Assembly: GCA_965112155.1 (NCBI GenBank)
Contig: OZ218099.1
DNA from: Podarcis liolepis
Taxonomy: Eukaryota
DNA: 64,000 nucleotides
Direction: 5' to 3' (one strand)
In this document: positions 22,674 to 35,849 of the stretch, in pieces
How positions within the stretch are numbered: position 1 is the stretch's first letter
Layout: every line of letters begins with the position of its first letter
Made by a program: the position numbers and the translations under genes
Notes under the pieces: model-generated
Database searches by the model: none
What the model saw: the letters and a program-made list of their open reading frames with translations, nothing else
Told to the model about the DNA's origin: nothing

Positions 22674-23746
22674 CCGTAATTTTCGCTCCAAAACACGCTC
22701 TTTTTTGCTCCTAGAAAGTAAGGGGAAATGCCTGTGCGTGTTACGGAGCGAATGCACGGATCGGAGCCATGGCTGCCGTCAGTCAAGCAAAGCGGGAGCC
22801 GCTTACACGCTCTACGAGGCTCTCACTTTGCTTGCTTTAAAGCGACCTGGAGCAGGGGAGGAGGGAGGGAAGGAGAGCCATGGCAGCAAAGCCGGCAGCA
22901 GCCGCTTACACGGGAGGAGGGACAGACGCTAAGCAAAAGTCCGTGCGCTCTCTAAACAGAGCAATGAGGCTGCAGAGGGACTGCAGGAAAGATAAAATTT
23001 AAGCAACCAGCAGCAAAATAAAACCAACCTCGAGCTCTGAGCCAGCGCAGTGAAAACCAGGAAGTAAAAAAAAAGGCTGGGGAGGGCATGAGGGAGAGGG
23101 GAAAACTTTGCAAATCCCTGCGTCTCAGCTGATCGGAGCAGCTTGTTTTCAGGCAGGATAGATTTGAGCTTTGTCTGGGTCCTAGTGCCCCTACCTCTTT
23201 TTTGTGCTCCATTCTATTGCTGCTGGTGGCTGCTTATCGTTCAGGCTGCAAGGAGGAGCGCTTTTACACAGCTAATGGCGAATCCCCTGCAATCCAAGTC
23301 CTCCTCACTTGCTCAAATCTATTCTGCCTCAAAACAAGGAGCGGAAGGAAAAGGCTGCAAACTGTTAAATGGAAAAAACCCCAGGCACAGGGCAAATACC
23401 GTAAGTATACCTTTAAAGCAACAGTGCTTTTTCCCTCCCTCCTCCCCACTCAACTCGCGGAAAAGCTCCTTCTCCACACACCCCACGCGTGCTCCTTGTC
23501 CCTTGAGTTCTTTTCCTTCCCTCCCCACTTAAAACGTGGTTACAAAGCACGGATCCACATGGATCCTCAGGATTTTTGCACTGGGTCACCCCAAATTCAC
23601 CATCAGATCACATGTCTGTGGCCACAGCATGAACCATAAAAATCATACATCCACTGTTTCGTTTAGAATATTTTTTCCTTGTTTTCCTCCTCTAAAAACT
23701 ATGTGCGTGTTATGGTCAGATGCGTGTTATAGTGTGAAAAATACGG
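22674..23746. mobile_element. Non-autonomous Tc1/mariner (Tc2-like) element of about 1.07 kb
   Basis: TA-CCGTAATTTTCGCTCCAAAACACGC...GCGTGTTATAGTGTGAAAAATACGG-TA inverted termini; no transposase ORF recognisable. Confidence 0.72.
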
Positions 23747-23840
23747 TACTTTATATTTATGTAGTACTTTTCCTAAGTGTTCCAAGCACTTAGTGTACAC
23801 GAATGTATACTATCTTAGTAACCCTTACAACAGCCCTGTA

Positions 23841-24068
23841 CAGTGGTACCTCTGGTTACGAACTTAATTCGTTTCGGAGGTGTATTCTTAAGCTGAAACC
23901 GTTCTTATCCTGAGGCGTGCTTTCGCTAATGGGGCCTCCTGCTGCACACACGTGCTAAAGGCGCACGATTTCTGTTCGCATCCTGGGGCAAAGTTCGCAA
24001 CCAGGAGCAGCTACTTCCGGGTTAGCGTAGCTCGTAACCTGAAGTGTTCGTAACCAGAGGTATCACTG
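23841..24068. mobile_element. Tigger/pogo-like MITE
   Basis: TIR CAGTGGTACCTCTGGTTACGAAC / GTTCGTAACCAGAGGTATCACTG, TA TSD. Confidence 0.87.
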
Positions 24069-24169
24069 TAATATAAAACCTTGTGATATGTTGTATGCAA
24101 ATGGGGTGACTACATGGGAAGAGGTGTTCAAACCTTACACCTGCTTTTTGGATAGCTGCCACATGCTCA

Positions 24170-24865
24170 TTTATTATTATTTATTAAATTTATATGCTGC
24201 CCTGTACCTTCAAAGCAGTTTATAACATAAAATTACAATAAAAATACATAATAATAAAAATAAAAAAGACAACTCAATAATCCCCCTTCCACAACACATT
24301 TAAAGGGCATTAGATGTCAATTAGCCAAAGACCTGGTTAAAGAGGAACACTTTTTCCTGGCATCTAAAGATGTATAATGAAGGCGCCAGCCAAACCTCCT
24401 TGGGGAGAGTATTCCACAAATGGGGAGCCACTGTGGAAAAGGTCCATTATCATGTTGCCACCCTCCAGACCTCTTGTGGAGGAGGCACATAAAGAAGGGC
24501 CTGAGATGAAATGATTTCAGGGTCTGGGTAGGTTCATATGGAGAGAGGCGGTCCTTGAGTTATTGTGGACCTGTGCCATTTAAGGCTTTATAGGTCTAAA
24601 CCAGCACTTTGAATTAGGCCTGGAAACTAATTGGTAATCAGTTCTGTCAGACCAGGATTGCTGTAATATGCTCAAACTGTTTTGCCCCAGTGAGCAGCCT
24701 GGCCGCTGAAGTTTTTGAACTGTCTTCAGAGGCAGCTCTACATATAACGTGCTGCTCCATCCTTATGAACTTACCTAACCTAGAGGTTACCAGAGCATAG
24801 ACAACAGTAGTTAAGCTGTCCCTGTCAGGATAAGGGCACAGCTGAGGCACTAGCCGAAGCTGATG
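24170..24865 (-). mobile_element. L2-clade LINE 3' fragment, degraded
   Basis: ORF 24647-24850 (LTTVVYALVTSRL...AARLLTGAKQFEHIT) is homologous to the L2 copy at 53806-54683; AT-rich tail. Confidence 0.75.
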
Positions 24866-25946
24866 TCACGTGATAAAGTGCTTTACAACAGCCTTCACCT
24901 GAGGTCTGTAATGCTTTTGTCTGGTGCTGAGATGAATCTGGTGTCATTAATTTCTGTGAAGAAAGATGCAATTTAAGTAATCCGTAATATGTTATAGTTT
25001 CACAGTTTGTTATAGTTTAGAGTTTACTGTAGATAACAAAAAGATACTGAACACAACCCAACAGCTGCTGTGCAAATGCAGGGCCTCTGGTTTTACTATG
25101 CATGAACAGAACATTATTGATGTGTTCTGTGTGCATGAGGCACATCCCTTAACAGAAGACATCAAGAGGTGTCTGCATTTATAGTATTTTAGACCATCAC
25201 CAGTGTTTTTAGTGAAATTCAGTGTGCCATTATAAAGAATTAATATTGAAAGACCTATGGCCTTGTTTGCACATTACGTAGAATTATGAGTTGTTTCACT
25301 TCCAACAAACCATGATCTGCAGGCAAGATTTGTTATTTGCTTACGTAAAGGGCTGTCCAAGGCATTTTGCAAAGGACAAAGACTCCCCTCCCCAAGCCCT
25401 TTACATGTACAGAATTTGTGTGGAACACTCGGCTCTTGATTTCCAACAGGGAAGAATAACCAGAAGGCTCAGGAGAAATGGTTGGGGCAGCAGGTGCTGC
25501 CACCTGCAATATTTGCTTTCTGTGATGATTGCCTCATTTTGCCTAACAGTTTGGTTGAACAAAACAAACCTTGACACCTGGTTTCATACATAATAGTAAG
25601 CTAAGGATCTTGATTTATTTCTTCAATGTTCTAGCAAGGAGGAGCAAAGCAGCTCAGATTGGCACATTCACAGTAAACTATTAACTGTGATTGACCAGGA
25701 TAGGTGGAGTGACCCTAGACCTCTTAATCTGCCAAGTGAAATCAATTGGTTGTTTTTTATAGTAGTCCAAATAAGATGTAAAAAACAAACAAAATAGATA
25801 AACAAACATTTTATAAGGCCATTGTGCCTCAGATTCCCAGGTGTAACAGTGGGTTTTCAAATAATATTTGATTCCAAGTAAACGAGTTTCAGATGACGAA
25901 TTTCTTCTGGTAAAAGTTTATTTTCTGCTTATTTCATGCATTGTAG

Positions 25947-26197
25947 TTTATAGAAGGACCACTTCTGGATGGCCTTGATTGGGGCACTTCGTACAACAAC
26001 GATTCCACACCCAATAACACCACACTTATCTACTATGAGAATTTACTGTTAGGAGTACCTCGAATTCGACAACTAAAAGTCCGTAACAACACATGTTCTA
26101 TCTATCCCTCTTTCCGGGCATTTATGAAAGAATGTTATGGTAAATATCAGTATTTACATGAGGATAGACAATCATTTGGCTTTAAGAATGCCTCTGA
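25947..26197 (+). CDS. PKD2L2: PKD2L2 exon 4, TOP domain (FIEGPLLDGL...IYYENLLLGVPRIRQLKVRNNTC...ECY...)
   Basis: TGTAG acceptor, GA|GTAAGT donor; ENLLLGVPRIRQLKVRN polycystin signature. Confidence 0.95.
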
Positions 26198-28849
26198 GTA
26201 AGTATCGTGACATTTTATTTTCCTTGCTCCTTCTGACTGTATCTGAACATACTGTACACATACTTTAGCAAAATAAGTTTAATAGTGGGATTTGGTTTCC
26301 TTAGGGAGCACTGAGAAATTCTGTTATTAATGCATTTGTACTGTAAATAAATAAAACAATATGTGTCAAGGGGCTCAAGTAGTGGCACCCTGCTGATTTG
26401 CACCTACATCAGCTTGTCCTGTATAAGGGTGAATCAAACGCTGCCTTAGTTTAGACAATATTTGCACGAGCCTTGTGCCTGTGCTACCCCTTCCCTCCTT
26501 CAGTGCTTCTAGATTGGAATTTATTGTGGAATTGGTGTTGTTCATTGTTTTTGCATGGTTCACACAACATTATAATAAAAATGCCAGTCCATTTCTCCTT
26601 ACTGTGGAAACTCTGAAGTAAAAAGGAGCCAGTATGCACCTACAGTCACTGCTGGTATGGAACACATTAGCACATATTTTTGGCACATAGTTTGTCATAT
26701 GTGGTCCCCTACTTCTGTTTGCTTCTCATTCAAGTACAATCTAGCCTTTTTGCTTCTGGTGGCCACAATGATGTGACTGTGACTGTTTCCACCAATTGCT
26801 GCATGCAGAAGGCATGTTCACAGTTCATATATCAGAGACCTCTATATTAAAAATAAAATTTGGCTCATCAGGAGTTCTGCTAAATCTTTTAGCCAGCTGT
26901 TCGCCACATGAGTAAGAAGAAGTAAGAGTGGGAGGATCATGGGGCCCCATGGCCGCTAATGGGTGTGTGTGGCTCTTATGGAAACCCTGCCAACCAGCAC
27001 AAAGAATGGCCATGGCTATTGCAAATTGATGAGACCAAACTAGGCCCAACTTGCTTTTAAAAAAGGACATTGTTGTGTTAAACTTTCTACAAGTTGTCCA
27101 GGAACAAACATTAGCCTCAGTGACCTAGAATTTCATGGTTCCTGCCTAGATCCCTTAAATATAATTGTTTCAGTGGTACCATATTAGTGTTAAAGCTTCC
27201 GGGCTAGGAAAAAGAAAGCAAGAGAATGCATGACACCTAACTGAGTACAGCCACATCAGATTGATTTTTTGGTGTGTGCGCTAGTGTCATTCCCCCACCT
27301 ACAACCCACCATTTTGCCCATGGTGAAACATACTAGTTATGCTTCTTTGTATGTTCTTCATGTGGTTTTGTTTTGTTTTTTTAAGAGGAAGGTATGCGTG
27401 TGCACAGATACAGAAATAACTGCATGTATGTCTAGAATGGAAACGAGCCGTAGATGGTGAGGGAGGAGTGACTGAGAGGAAGGAGAAAACAAAATTACAG
27501 ATACATTCCATCAACTTCCACCTATTAGTTTGGATAGCAACCAACAGAATAGCGATTAATTGCATATTAAGATTGAAAAAAGGGGAATGTATGGAAACTA
27601 ATCTGCCAGCTGCACTCACAAGAAAATTAAGTGAGTCCCTTGCTTCTCAGTGTACCAGGACTGAAGACTCCTTGGGTTTATTAATCATGATTTTCAGTTA
27701 CATCAAAGTCAGGAAAGTATGGTTACCAGGGCTGGAACCAACTTAAGATCTGAAACAAACTTTGAACCATGTTTTCATAGACTGGTTTATTCCAATACTG
27801 GTAAACATTGTTTAGTTTTACTCAGAGTAGATGCATTGAAATTAATGGACCTAACTTAGTAATGTTCATTAATTTCAGTGGGTCTACTTTGAGTAAAACT
27901 TTGTTGAATGTCGCCCCAGTGTCTGAATATTTATTTTAAATTACCCCAGATAATAGATATTTGTTTTATGTTTTTAAAATGTTTGCTAAAGCACCTTTGT
28001 TGATATTATTTGTAAAATTGTTTTGGTATTGTCTTAGGTTGCCACCCGTTTCAGGCATATAAATTGATATGTGAGGTATTTATATATTTAACAACACGGT
28101 ATAGTCCCTGTGCACTGTGGGATGACTATAGGGTTCAACGCAATATTATTGCTCTGCATCCCCTGCCACACATTCATAGGCATATGTGCAGTTAGCCCAA
28201 CAGGCTGTTATGGGAAATGGCAAGCCTCTACACAGCTTACATTTCCCAACACAGCCCTTCCACGCTTCTTGACCATACCATCTTGGTGCACTGCCTGTAT
28301 GTACAACTGGAGTTATGCCTTTACTTTTAAACCACATTCAAGCACATTGTTTCCTTCAAGGAATTCTGCAGCTTACCCCTCACAGAGTTACAATTTCTAG
28401 CAACTCTTAACAAGCTACAGTGTCCAGAATTCTTTGAGAATGTGCTTTGTACTATATACACAGCCCACAAAAAAAGAATTAAGGCTGTATACCAAAGTAG
28501 ACAAGATGTCATCCATGGAATTTTGCATTCATGTGATTGAGTTTTTAAAAGTAAATAGCAGGATGGGATAGGGGATGGGACCATCTGGATTGGGAGCCTG
28601 GTGAGAAGGGGAACTTTAACCCTTCACCCCTCTTGCCCTGTTCTAGATGATCTAGATGGGGGTGGGAGAAATCTGGTACGAATGAGATTTTTGTTTCCAC
28701 CGTGAATAGCAGGTGTGCAGTGTTCAATTAACTATTTCTGTTAAAAAGGCACTGGAAAGCTAAGAGTGATTGAATAAATCCTTGGGGAGTAAATGGGGGG
28801 GGGGTGCTTTCTGTAAACTGAAGTGCCTCAATTCCCTTCTTTCCTACAG

Positions 28850-29071
28850 GTGGCATTATTCCACTTCTAAATCACTCTCCCCATGGCATTGGGGCCTTAT
28901 TGGGCTATACAGTAGTGGAGGATTTATGTTCACCTTGCCCAAGTCAAAGGCAGAAAGTGCAGCAAAACTTGCTTTCCTCAAGAAACATAACTGGATCACC
29001 AGAGGAACAAGGGTTATCTTCATTGACTTCTCAATGTATAATGCCAATGTAAACCTCTTCTGTGTGGTCAG
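28850..29071 (+). CDS. PKD2L2: PKD2L2 exon 5 (WHYS...YSSGGF...WITRGTRVIFIDFSMYNANVNLFCVV)
   Basis: CTACAG acceptor, AG|GTGAGC donor; WxxRGTRxxFIDFSxYNANxNLFC motif. Confidence 0.95.
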
Positions 29072-30022
29072 GTGAGCTCTTCTGTTTGCTGTTCTTAAAA
29101 TTCAGTTTTCAAGATAAAGTAATCGCATTACCAGTCCTGTTGATAAAGTAATAATGGCATGTTCTACTCTGTTGCTGAATGGACGAATCTCACCCTGTGC
29201 AGGCTACTTAAAATTGTGGTACATCTACTACGCAAATCAAATCCTTCTTTCCACTCCTTCCAGTTGCTACTGGTTTAGCATACAAACTCTTCTAGCCCTT
29301 GACTTTAGCTTTGCCTTTTCAGGCATTAAATCTAGGGTGCCGCCATTGCATGGACTGTATCTCATTTCATTTCCTAAAAGTTCCACTGATGCCAGAGTTT
29401 GAAATCTTGACTGAATGCTATAGAGCAGCAGCTTTTTTTTGGATCCACAAAACCGAAACATGTTAAAACTTGTCAAGAAACAAAACCCTTATTATATCTA
29501 GAGCAGAAGTGGTTGGCTTTTCTTGGTTCAGTAGCTACTTACATCCTTAGACAGTTCTCTAGGTGCATGCTAGTGGTGATTGTGACCAAAAGTGGGTATG
29601 TGCATGCTATACTCACACAAGCACAGAATGCATGTGTGCACGCTCACATAGGTACAGAGCCCTCACTGATCTACTGAGTTATTGCACCTTCCCTGCTCAT
29701 CAAATGAAGCGGAAGGGTGTGATATGCATCTTCAACAGGGCACTGGACTGGGCCGAGGGGTTTAAATCTCTTGGCCCACTGCAGTTCATGCCTATTTATA
29801 TTTTTTATTCCTTTGCCACCACTACCAAAATTTGTGGGGTCTTGGGGGCCAGAAAAACTTGCTTAGGGGACTACATCAGCCCCCCAAGCCAGAAGTTAGC
29901 TACAACTGATCAAGAGGTAATAATAGTTCAGGGGGCTTTGAAATTACCCCAGGTGAGCTTTGCAGTTTGGAATCAGTCTTATGTGTTACTGGATAGCATC
30001 CTCCTTTACTTTCATTTCACAG

Positions 30023-30251
30023 GCTCATTGTGGAATTTCCTGCAACAGGTGGTGCAATCCCCTCCTGGCAGTTCCACTCTGTAAAGCTTCTCAGATACGT
30101 CAGCTATTACGATTATTTCCTGGCCTCTTGTGAAGTCATTTTTTGTCTTTTCATCTTCACTTTCACCATCCAAGAAGTTTTAAAATTAAAGAAACAGAAA
30201 AAGGACTATTTTAGAGATGCCTGGAACTGGCTGGATGTGTTACTGCTCCTG
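30023..30251 (+). CDS. PKD2L2: PKD2L2 exon 6 (LIVEFPATGGAIPSWQF...YFRDAWNWLDVLLLL; S2-S3)
   Basis: CACAG acceptor, CTG|GTAAGT donor; EFPATGG and WNxLD motifs. Confidence 0.95.
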
Positions 30252-30937
30252 GTAAGTCTCAGAAATTACAAAAAAGAATTATGACAGAAACCACATTGCT
30301 GTGTGAGGACAGGATGCTTTCCATTATGCCACTAGAGAGAGCTGGGAATACTGGGAAGAGGGGTAGATGTTCCTTGGGCAAGGAACATTCGCAGCTTCAA
30401 ATTTAGTATGTTTCTGCCCCTTGAGAAACATAGCAGTTAACTGTGTTTTACACATGGCAATTCTTTTCTGAAAACCAGGCCAAAGCAGTCAAAATGCAAG
30501 GCTCACAATCAATGTGTACATTCAGTGTTTCCTGGCCATCTACAACTTAGCTTGTATAAGATTTACAGTAAGCATACTGGTAATCAGAATAATTTTCTTT
30601 CCCTGCTTTCCTTAAAGTAAAGTGCTTGAAAAAGTTCTTAGTGTTTTATTTTTCCACAGTTACATAAGAACCTGGCTACATTGAATTTATTATATTCAGA
30701 GTGGTGCTGTATTTATGTTGAATCCATTGGCATGGGTAGCAATCCCTGCTCAGTCTTGGTTTCCTTGGGTGTCACTAGATCAGTCAGATAAAATGTTAAA
30801 CTTTGGCTTTTCATTAGAAGAATGTGCCAAGAGCCTCAGGGCTCATGTGTTCCCTTTTCCTCCAGATTTTGATTCCATTATTCACTAGCTAAGGTTTAGT
30901 GTTATGTCAAAAACTGAAATTTACCTATGATTTAATG

Positions 30938-31083
30938 CAGTGCTTCTTTCTAGGGGTATGCAGGGGTACACATACCCCTAAACATTTTGTGAATCTAAGT
31001 TTTGCCTCATCGAGGGGCAGTATTTCAGTATGAGTAGGAAAATAAGAGTACCCCTAAACAATTTTTATAGAAAAAAAGCACTG
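30938..31083. mobile_element. hAT-type MITE, same family as 8220-8813
   Basis: TIR CAGTGCTT / AAGCACTG; shared GCAGGGGTAC.CATACCCCTAAACATT and AAATAAGAGTAC.CCTAAAC blocks. Confidence 0.78.
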
Positions 31084-31448
31084 GTTTACTGAAAGCAACT
31101 TCAAACTTTTGTTTATTAAGGTGGCTCCTTTCAAAAACCATAGCTAAGTTCAACCATAGTTCAGGCATAATGCTAAACTGCAGCTAATTGAAAATTGAAG
31201 GGAAAGCTTTCAATTGTCTCTTTGCAGTCTGCTTTCACCCATTTAGGATGAAAAAGCAGGAATTATAGGACAGATATCACCTTTCTTTTGGGAGGAAAAT
31301 TGATACCTAAATTAGGAACAAGCTTGTCTGATACCTCTTTTGGGCCTTTGGCAGGGATAGGATTATTTCTTGTTTTCTGCTGTCTACTACTCCCTAGTAA
31401 TTGGGATACAGTAAAAAGAGAGTTCCCTGATCCCCACCCATCCAAATA

Positions 31449-31790
31449 TTTTTTATTTATTAAATTTCTATACCACCCTTCAACTGAAGATTATAGGGAG
31501 GATTACAATATAAAAATGCAAAAATATATAACATAGTAACAAACAAATATAGTACCCCCTCCACACAGCTTAAAAGGCCATAAATTGTATAATTAGCTAA
31601 AGGTTAGGAGAAGAGAAACGTTTTTTCTTGGCACCTAAAGATACATAACGAAAGGGCCAGGCAAGCCTTCCTGGGGAGAGCATTCTACAAGGGGAGAGCC
31701 AACACAGAGAAAGAGCCCTCTTGGCCTCTCATGGAAGAAATGTCTCAGATGATGATTGCAGTGTCTGGGTTGGTTCATGTGGGGAGAGGG
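31449..31790 (-). mobile_element. L2-clade LINE 3' fragment
   Basis: Collinear with 24170-24550 (CTAAAGAT..A..GAA.G.GCCAG..AA.C.TC.TGGGGAGAG.ATTC). Confidence 0.6.
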
Positions 31791-32496
31791 GTGCAAACTT
31801 CCCATCCTTGAAAAGCCTGTTGTGTCATGGCAAGAATTTTGCAGTCCCCAAAAGGCGACAGATGGATAAAGAATGGCAACTCTATAACAATAGCTAAAGA
31901 AACAGAGTCCCTATCTTTTTTCCACCGAAAAGGTTTCCACTTTATCATTTTAATGGCCTGTCGGTATTTTGGGGCACTCCAGGTGACAGCAGAGCTTTAA
32001 GAAAGAGACAGATGCAGAGATAGAAAGAGAGACAGAGAAGGGGTGTGAAAATCTAGTTCAGAAGGTGGAGACTTTTTCAGCAGTATCTGGAAAAAGGCAA
32101 ATCAGTATGTCATCATCCTGTCAGCACAGGGAGAAGGGCTGTTTTCAGTCTCTGAGGTTTCTACACAAACATGTAAATACATTTGCTTGCAAACTGTAAT
32201 AATTACAACAGCAATTCTTAATCCTTATTTTGTATGTAAATAAATGAAATTCTGGGACTCATACAGAAATCTGAGGGAAACTCACCCCACACAGAATCCT
32301 TTTAGGGGAAACCATTCTAAGCTAGTAATAAAACTTAAATGAGTTCTTCATGTACCCTAAAACATTCCATTTCAGGTGACAACTAAGATGTGAGTATTCC
32401 ATGCCTGAAGAAAAATATTAATGTTACCCTCATGGTGAAGAAGAGCATGTTATGGTGTTTCATAAAATAAAATGCTCCTTATATAGATACTCAGAT

Positions 32497-32700
32497 ACCC
32501 AGAGGGCCTTCTCGGTAGTGGCGCCCGCTCTGTGGAACACCTTCCCATCAAAGAAATAAACAACTATCTGACATTTAGAAGACAGCCCTGTTTAGGGAAG
32601 TTTTTAATGATTGATGTTTTAATGTATTTTTACTCCTTTGTTGGAAGCTGCCCACAGTGACTGGAGAGGCCCAACCAGATGGGTGGGGTATAAATGATAA

Positions 32701-32751
<51 letters not shown>

Positions 32752-32757
32752 TTATTT
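32497..32757 (+). mobile_element. L2-clade LINE 3' end with an expanded (ATT)n tail
   Basis: AGAGGGCCTTCTCGGTAGTGGCGCCC...GCCCTGTTTAGGGAAG matches 53806-54040 on the opposite strand. Confidence 0.78.
32701..32751. repeat. (ATT)~17 microsatellite
   Basis: Directly visible trinucleotide repeat at the L2 tail. Confidence 0.9.
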
Positions 32758-32909
32758 ACTCCCTACATACATTTTAATGCATATTTGGCTTATAGGCAGA
32801 TATGGTTGACCTCTCGTAGCCCTTTATCGATCAACTTCATTAAGATATGAAGACTATATCAGAAAAATATAAATTGTAACCTCACAAACGTTTGCTTTTC
32901 CCCCTCCAG

Positions 32910-33080
32910 TTGTCTGTTTTTGCTATTTTCTTCAATGTTTACCGAACTTTTGAAGTGTCCAGGTTGATGGAAAGTCTGCTCTCCAATTCAGAAGCTTATC
33001 CAGACTTTAATTTCCTTTCATTCTGGCAGACCCGTTACAATAATATGATTTCAGTGAATGTATTTTTTGCATGGATAAAG
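32910..33080 (+). CDS. PKD2L2: PKD2L2 exon 7 (LSVFAIFFNVYRT...YNNMISVNVFFAWIK; S3-S4)
   Basis: CCAG acceptor, AAG|GTACTG donor, 171 nt phase 0/0. Confidence 0.95.
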
Positions 33081-34134
33081 GTACTGCTGCTCACATTGCT
33101 AAATATATTAACAATGTTTTATTTTCATACTTCTCACAGAAAATTTTCAAATTTTCTCTTAGAGATTTTAAAAAGCTATCTGAAGAATGTTTGCATAGGT
33201 GTTTATAGATATTTTCCTCTTTCCTCCACATTCATAATCTCTGCCAAGGCTTATCCCTTAGGGGACTATAGTACATTATTTGTCAGGGAGACCCTCAAAA
33301 ATGCCACTTTAGTAACATCCACTGTCATGTTCTTTATCACCTTCCTTCTAAAATTGCAGCCTACTTAAAGTATAGGAGTGGGGAAAAGCTGTTGTGTAGT
33401 ATTATGGACTGCTAATGTGACCATGAAATGCCTTGCATTGCTTTAAGAAAATGGGTTAACTTTTCACTAATCTTCCATTGGTCAAAGCTGGTCATACAGT
33501 CACACTTGCCTTAGCAGTTACTCCAAATTCCAAATATGTCCGTTGGTCCAAAAAGATTAGAACACCCTGTTCTAGTGTAATGTTCAGAAGGGAATTTCCA
33601 TGGAGAGAATGTCATGTTCCAGTTAAATAAAGAGCTTGTGCATTTCCCACATTTATTTTCCCTTTTAAACTTAAACTGGAAGTGCCATAAGAGAAAGTCC
33701 CCATCGCTTGCTCTTCTTTTGCAGTTTCAGTTAGGTTACCAGAGTAGCATGGGATCTCACACTAGGGACCAATGTAATGTTTGAAATTGGGCTTAAAGGT
33801 CCGCCATTCAGTACGTCCAATACTGATTATTTTAATTTATATAGAGTTATATAGAATCTCCAGCAGAAATCCTTCCTCTGAAAAAGGGAACTGTGTGAGC
33901 ACTGGAAGTGATCTATAAGCACTAGAAGAATGGGATATAATTTTTTATAAAAATTCAAAATAATATGTCTTTTATAAAGAACTTCATTTCTCTAGTTATT
34001 TAATTTCAGGCTCACCTGAATATTCATCCAGTTTAGTATTGGTTTCCTGCCAAATTTAAGCAGGTAACTTGGAGCCCCTTCTGTTGGCTTGGTCTTTGTC
34101 CCACCACAATATATCCTGTTCTGTTTTCTTCCAG

Positions 34135-34316
34135 ATATTTAAATACATAAGCTTTAACAAGACCATGACCCAGCTGTCTTCCACTCTATCCCGCTGCGCT
34201 AAAGATATCATCGGATTTGCCATCATGTTCTTTATCATCTTCTTTGCATACGCACAGTTGGGTTACCTGGTCTTCGGGTCTCAAGTGGACGAATTTTCCA
34301 CTTTTCAGAATTGCAT
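34135..34316 (+). CDS. PKD2L2: PKD2L2 exon 8 ([24 protein letters not shown]...[18 protein letters not shown]; S5)
   Basis: CCAG acceptor, AT|GTATGG donor; strong TRPP S4-S5 signature. Confidence 0.95.
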
Positions 34317-34665
34317 GTATGGAGTCTTCCAGATTGTCTTCATATAGTTCTGTGATTAGTTGGAGCAGAATTTTCTTAAGTGAAGTGCTAAGAGTGCCTG
34401 AGATGTTTGATAATGGCATGTTGTGGGATATCTGAGCTGCCTGGTAAAAGTATACAGCTGGAATGGGCAGTGGTGGCACAGCAAATCTTTACTGGGTGGG
34501 CAAAGTGACCCATTTACTCACAGCCATTTTAAAGGAGCTCGCACCTGAAACAACAATATATCACCAAACCCTTCCCGCTTCACTTCTCATCCAGGTACAG
34601 GGAGACATGATGACTGTGAATGAACATTTCTGCATGCAGGGCACAAAGTGGAGTGTTACCTAAGC

Positions 34666-34798
34666 CAGCCTTTCTCAACCTGGTGCCCTCCAGGTGTTTT
34701 GGACTAGATGCTTTGACCCCAGCCAGCATAGCCAATGGTCAGGGATGATGGGAGCTCTCGTCCAAATCATCTGGAGGGCATCAGTTCGAGCAAGGCTG
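34666..34798. mobile_element. Short palindromic hAT-like MITE
   Basis: CAGCCTT.CTC.AAC..GGTGCCCTCCAG...CTGGAGGGCATC.GTT.GAG.AAGGCTG inverted symmetry. Confidence 0.65.
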
Positions 34799-35059
34799 TT
34801 CTAAACTTTTATGTCTAAATTGTTTTGCCACTATACACTCTTTGGGAGCTATGCTGAGGAGCAAGGTAAAAATCTTAATAATAATAAAATCAGCTAGTCA
34901 CTATAGAAACAGGTTTGAAAGCTCAGAACAGATAATCTATGGAAGCCAGTGGTTGATATTTTAAAACTGAGTATAAGCTGTATCATAAGATTTAACTCAA
35001 TATAAATTGTAGAAGAATATTGTATACTGACCGTTTCTATATTTTTTCTCCCTCTCAAG

Positions 35060-35180
35060 TTTTACCCAATTTCGCATCGTGCTTGGAGATTTTAACTTTG
35101 CCGAAATAGAGCATGCAAATCGAATTCTTGGGCCAATATACTTCATCACATTTGTGTTCTTTGTGTTCTTCGTACTGCTG
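35060..35180 (+). CDS. PKD2L2: PKD2L2 exon 9, pore and S6 ([40 protein letters not shown])
   Basis: AAG acceptor after a pyrimidine tract, CTG|GTAAGT donor; LGD filter in an LGDFNF context typical of PKD2L2. Confidence 0.95.
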
Positions 35181-35849
35181 GTAAGTAGTGTTTTAGATAA
35201 TTCCAATTAAATACAAATACACATACAAGCAAACAAACAAACAAACAAAGTAATTAAATCTCTGTATTTGGGCTGGTATCAGAGTAATAAAACATAGTAC
35301 ACATGTTCATAGTTTTATGGGACAGTGTTTAAATGATCATATATTGGCTTAATATGCTGAGATATCAATGTGCCTTTTGTTAGCATAGTCAAGTACTGTT
35401 CTTTTCAATTTGCAGTGCAAACAAATAAACCAGGAAAGCTTCAATTAACCATATTCCAAGCCACAATTTGAAGTTGTTTTAATACTGTGGTTTGTTCTCA
35501 AGCTGGTAACCATAGTTTCATGGCTTAGATAAAACTGGCAATTATGGTTAATTAGAGACTTTCCAGTTAATCATGGCTTGTGCAAAGGGAAGAGTGAAAG
35601 CAAAAGTCGTGTTTATATCTTTGCTTATTAAGCTGAAAGACTATTGTTATATATATTTCACCAAAGTTGTCATATTTTAATGCAAACCATGAGCACCAGA
35701 AAGCCAACAACAAAAGCAACAACAGTATAATCCTATGCATGTCTTATTTGGAAGTAAGTCCCACTGAGTTCAGTGAGACCCACTTCCAGGTATCTGTGTA
35801 CAGCTGGGTTGGGAATTGTGTGGCCCTCCCAGTGGTGTTCAGCTCCCTT

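Noticed and set aside
29563-30084. 173-aa ORF overlapping the start of PKD2L2 exon 6
   Set aside because: Non-ATG start, different frame from the real exon, and no recognisable homology.
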